Assembly (NCBI GenBank): GCA_002633005.1
Contig: NMRA01000185.1
Coordinates: 341,921 to 405,920 of the forward strand
Origin: Phoronis australis
Taxonomy: Eukaryota > Animalia > Phoronida
DNA length: 64,000 nucleotides
Direction of reading: 5' to 3'
Part shown: piece after piece, positions 61,392 through 64,000 of the stretch
Layout: each line of letters starts with the position of its first letter
Position numbering within the stretch: the first letter of the stretch is position 1
Translations under genes and position numbers: made by a program
The notes under the pieces: model-generated
The model's database searches: none
What the model saw: only the letters and a program-made list of their open reading frames with translations
Told to the model about the DNA's origin: nothing

Positions 61392-64000
61392 TTACAATCC
61401 CGGGGATGAGGCCATCCAGAGTTGAGTAATTGTGAACAAACACGGAGAGTAACAAAGGGCCTAGGACCAGTACACCGACCGGTAGCGACGAGCTGCCTCA
61501 GATCACGTAGGTATAGCTGAAATCTAACTGTGAAAATACGAAATTCCCGATGAACTAAATCTAGTTGCTGGTCAGCTCCGCTGTGATTCCCTTGAGACAG
61601 GCAGCTCTTATCGGCCGTTTTATTGTGATTCAGTTTCGGGAAACCTTTATTTTATTATGGTCATCCTTTGAATGAGTTTTTTGGAAAAGGTGAGGTCCCG
61701 AAGTCCTTGGTATTGTGCCTTTGAGCTGTTTCAAAATGCCTAGTTGAAACACGACCGGTAGTCCAGTTTCTGGTGGCAGGAGAAAAGGATAGTGTGTCCC
61801 AAAAATGTAAACACTTCCTGAACTCCTGGAGTTCAAATTCACTTCCCGTGGATCACTGAGATCTGGGCGGGCCTACCGCATGATTACATCTTATTTTTAA
61901 CGTGGGTACGTCAGTCATGACGTGCACGCGAATCAGGACAAACGATTCAGTTTTGAAGAATAAAAATTCATTGGTCAATACTGCTCGAAACTAAAAACAC
62001 CAAGTAAGTGCAAATTAAAGAGAACCTTTTCAAGCAATGAGTTTGATTTTATGTATTTAAGGATTTTTAAAACTTTTTTTCAATCTACGATTTGTGAGTA
62101 CGAATTTTATCAATGTCTTTGGAAATTATTTTAGATATGCAAAAAAAACGTCTATAAGCGTACTTTACTATTTGGGGATCGAATTATCGAGTTTTTCCAA
62201 ATTCAGGCTGCAATTAAATTCATTGAAACATCATCAGTTCTTACAAGATTGGCTTCTAATTGCCAAAAATCATCTATGAATCTATCGATTTTCGTAGATA
62301 CATAAACAAGTAAATCAGAAACCAGCGAATTTGTTTTTAAAAACGAGACGTTGTAAGCAATTTCCAGGGGGAATATGGGAGATGGGGCATTCGTATTAAG
62401 GTGTATTTTTGCTCATTACAGAGGCACCTATAACGGTTCAGGAGGTAAACTAACTCCATTGACAAAAAAACGCTGAATTTTTTGAGTTTTTTGAGTACCC
62501 CCTTTCGACATGTACACGGTCATCACAAATAGTAGCCTACACAGCAGTGTTTTCCACATGTGGGAATTCCTTACAAACAACTCATAGTAACTATCTTCAA
62601 AAGAGATACTATTCTTGTGATAATACGGGAAACAATTACATTATTTTATAACTAACCATCGGAAATAGTCCTTTTGTGTAATTCACAAATAGTGGTCTTC
62701 ACGTTCTTCAAAATTCTACTCTTTCAATGGCGGCAATCCTATTGTATTTTTCGCATTTTTGGTTGTTCGGGTCGAATGGCTGTCCTGTGCACCAATTTTT
62801 TTTTTGATGAATTTGGAATCTCAACTTCCATCGTGAATACTTGGCAGTGTCTAACTTACATGTATAGAGGGACAAACGGCCATTTCCCCCAAACTGCTCC
62901 ACCGAGAGAGGGTACCGTCGGAAATGCCGGGGACACCTTAAGATGAAAGGCTAAACATCAATAAGTTTGGAAAAAAGAGTGACAGTGCATTCCACCGTCG
63001 TTTGGTCCCAAAATGATGCAGGGAGTGCCGGACCTCCTTCAATATGAAAGCCGGTTTCACGATTTCACAAAAAAAACAGAAAAATAGAGGTAATCGATTC
63101 CATCATTGGGCCCTCTCTCGGTGAGCGGCCCCTTAAGAATTTGTCAATAAAAAAACAAAAAGGGTGATCACTTGAATGTCATCAATGGCCCCTATGAAAA
63201 TATCTATATTTTCAAATATCAGGAAATGCGCAGCAATTGATGTTATCTGTTAGGTCATCAATTTTCTCAAGTAATATGCAGTTTCTAGAAAAAAATAAAG
63301 TGAAAGTTGTCTCCGTTATCCCTTGGCAGAAAGGGGCACATGGAAAAATATAGTTTTGTATTCGCAAAACTGTGAATTTAAAAATCCAGTAAATTAGTAC
63401 ACTCCACAAAAGCTTAGCTTACCAAATTTTCTCGATTTTTCGAAATATATGTATGATTGATTTCGTGCACTTTTTCAAATGTGTTTAGATGACCTGTGCT
63501 GCAAAAGCCGAGACCCTACCGACGTTGTCCTGGCCAGGGTTCTGAAAAGGTAAACCACGCACTGATGCCAAAGCCTTTGTTAAATGTTCTCTTGAAATTT
63601 CTCTCTTACCCGTATTTCGCAGTCTTCCTTTTCTCGATTGTCCCCAACCCCACGCCTATGTCGGTGTCCACGATTTAACCCTGACGCCTGAAAATTTTTT
63701 GGGGGGGCCCGTGCCCTCCGGCTCCCCCCACCCCCCTCGCTTCCTACGGCCCTGCATTGAGTTGCATGGTGACGCTATGGAATCATATAACGGTGAGGCG
63801 GTGAGGACCATTACAAAACTGATTTTATGAGAGTAAAATTTTCATTAGATTTTGTTTTTCAGCCAAATAAGCAGGAAGAAATGCACCCTTAGTTTTTCCT
63901 GTATGACCCGCTCCCTCATTTTCAACACAGCAGAACAAGAAATATTGCACGCCAGGTATCGCTGTCGTCGTGACTTGTGACGTCATTCCTAGACGATCGC

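Larger units (their letters stand above)
57782..63754. mobile_element. ~6-kb TIR-bounded non-coding element made of two diverged tandem units (~57782-61115 and ~61116-63754)
   Basis: Colinear anchors in both units: tattgggg..gcacaaacc (~57812/61124), ggtgaggtcccga (~58128/61689), tgtgggaattcctta (~59680/62559) and tttaaccctgacgcctgaaaa (~61062/63674). Outer ends are CAGGCCCGTAGGA / TCCTACGGCCCTG. Confidence 0.72.

Overview
AT-rich, repeat-dense eukaryotic DNA, probably from a marine invertebrate, with three N-runs and a few single-N joins. There are no prokaryotic features. Two spliced protein-coding genes sit head-to-head about 8.3 kb apart. The first is EEF1AKMT2/METTL10 on the minus strand (6 coding exons, 44837->28943, 228 aa). 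The second is a divergent Rab7-family small GTPase on the plus strand (4 coding exons, 53129->56889, ~209-210 aa); its G3 motif reads WGKAGTE instead of WDTAGQE and it ends in a single-Cys tail, VCQI*. The rest is mostly transposon-derived: decayed LINE RT fragments, a probable Academ-type transposase relic, tRNA-derived SINEs, many MITEs, Helentron/HINE-like tandem-repeat elements and a ~6-kb TIR-bounded dimeric element. Three observations stand out: (i) a perfect 148-bp-arm palindrome with a 12-bp TSD in EEF1AKMT2 intron 4 that carries a minimal type I hammerhead ribozyme in each arm (Penelope-like signature); (ii) the surrounding ~147-bp-period array, in which almost every monomer has a co-oriented CTCF-like motif; (iii) the candidate pseudo-GTPase Rab7 paralog. 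All calls were made by eye, without database searches.
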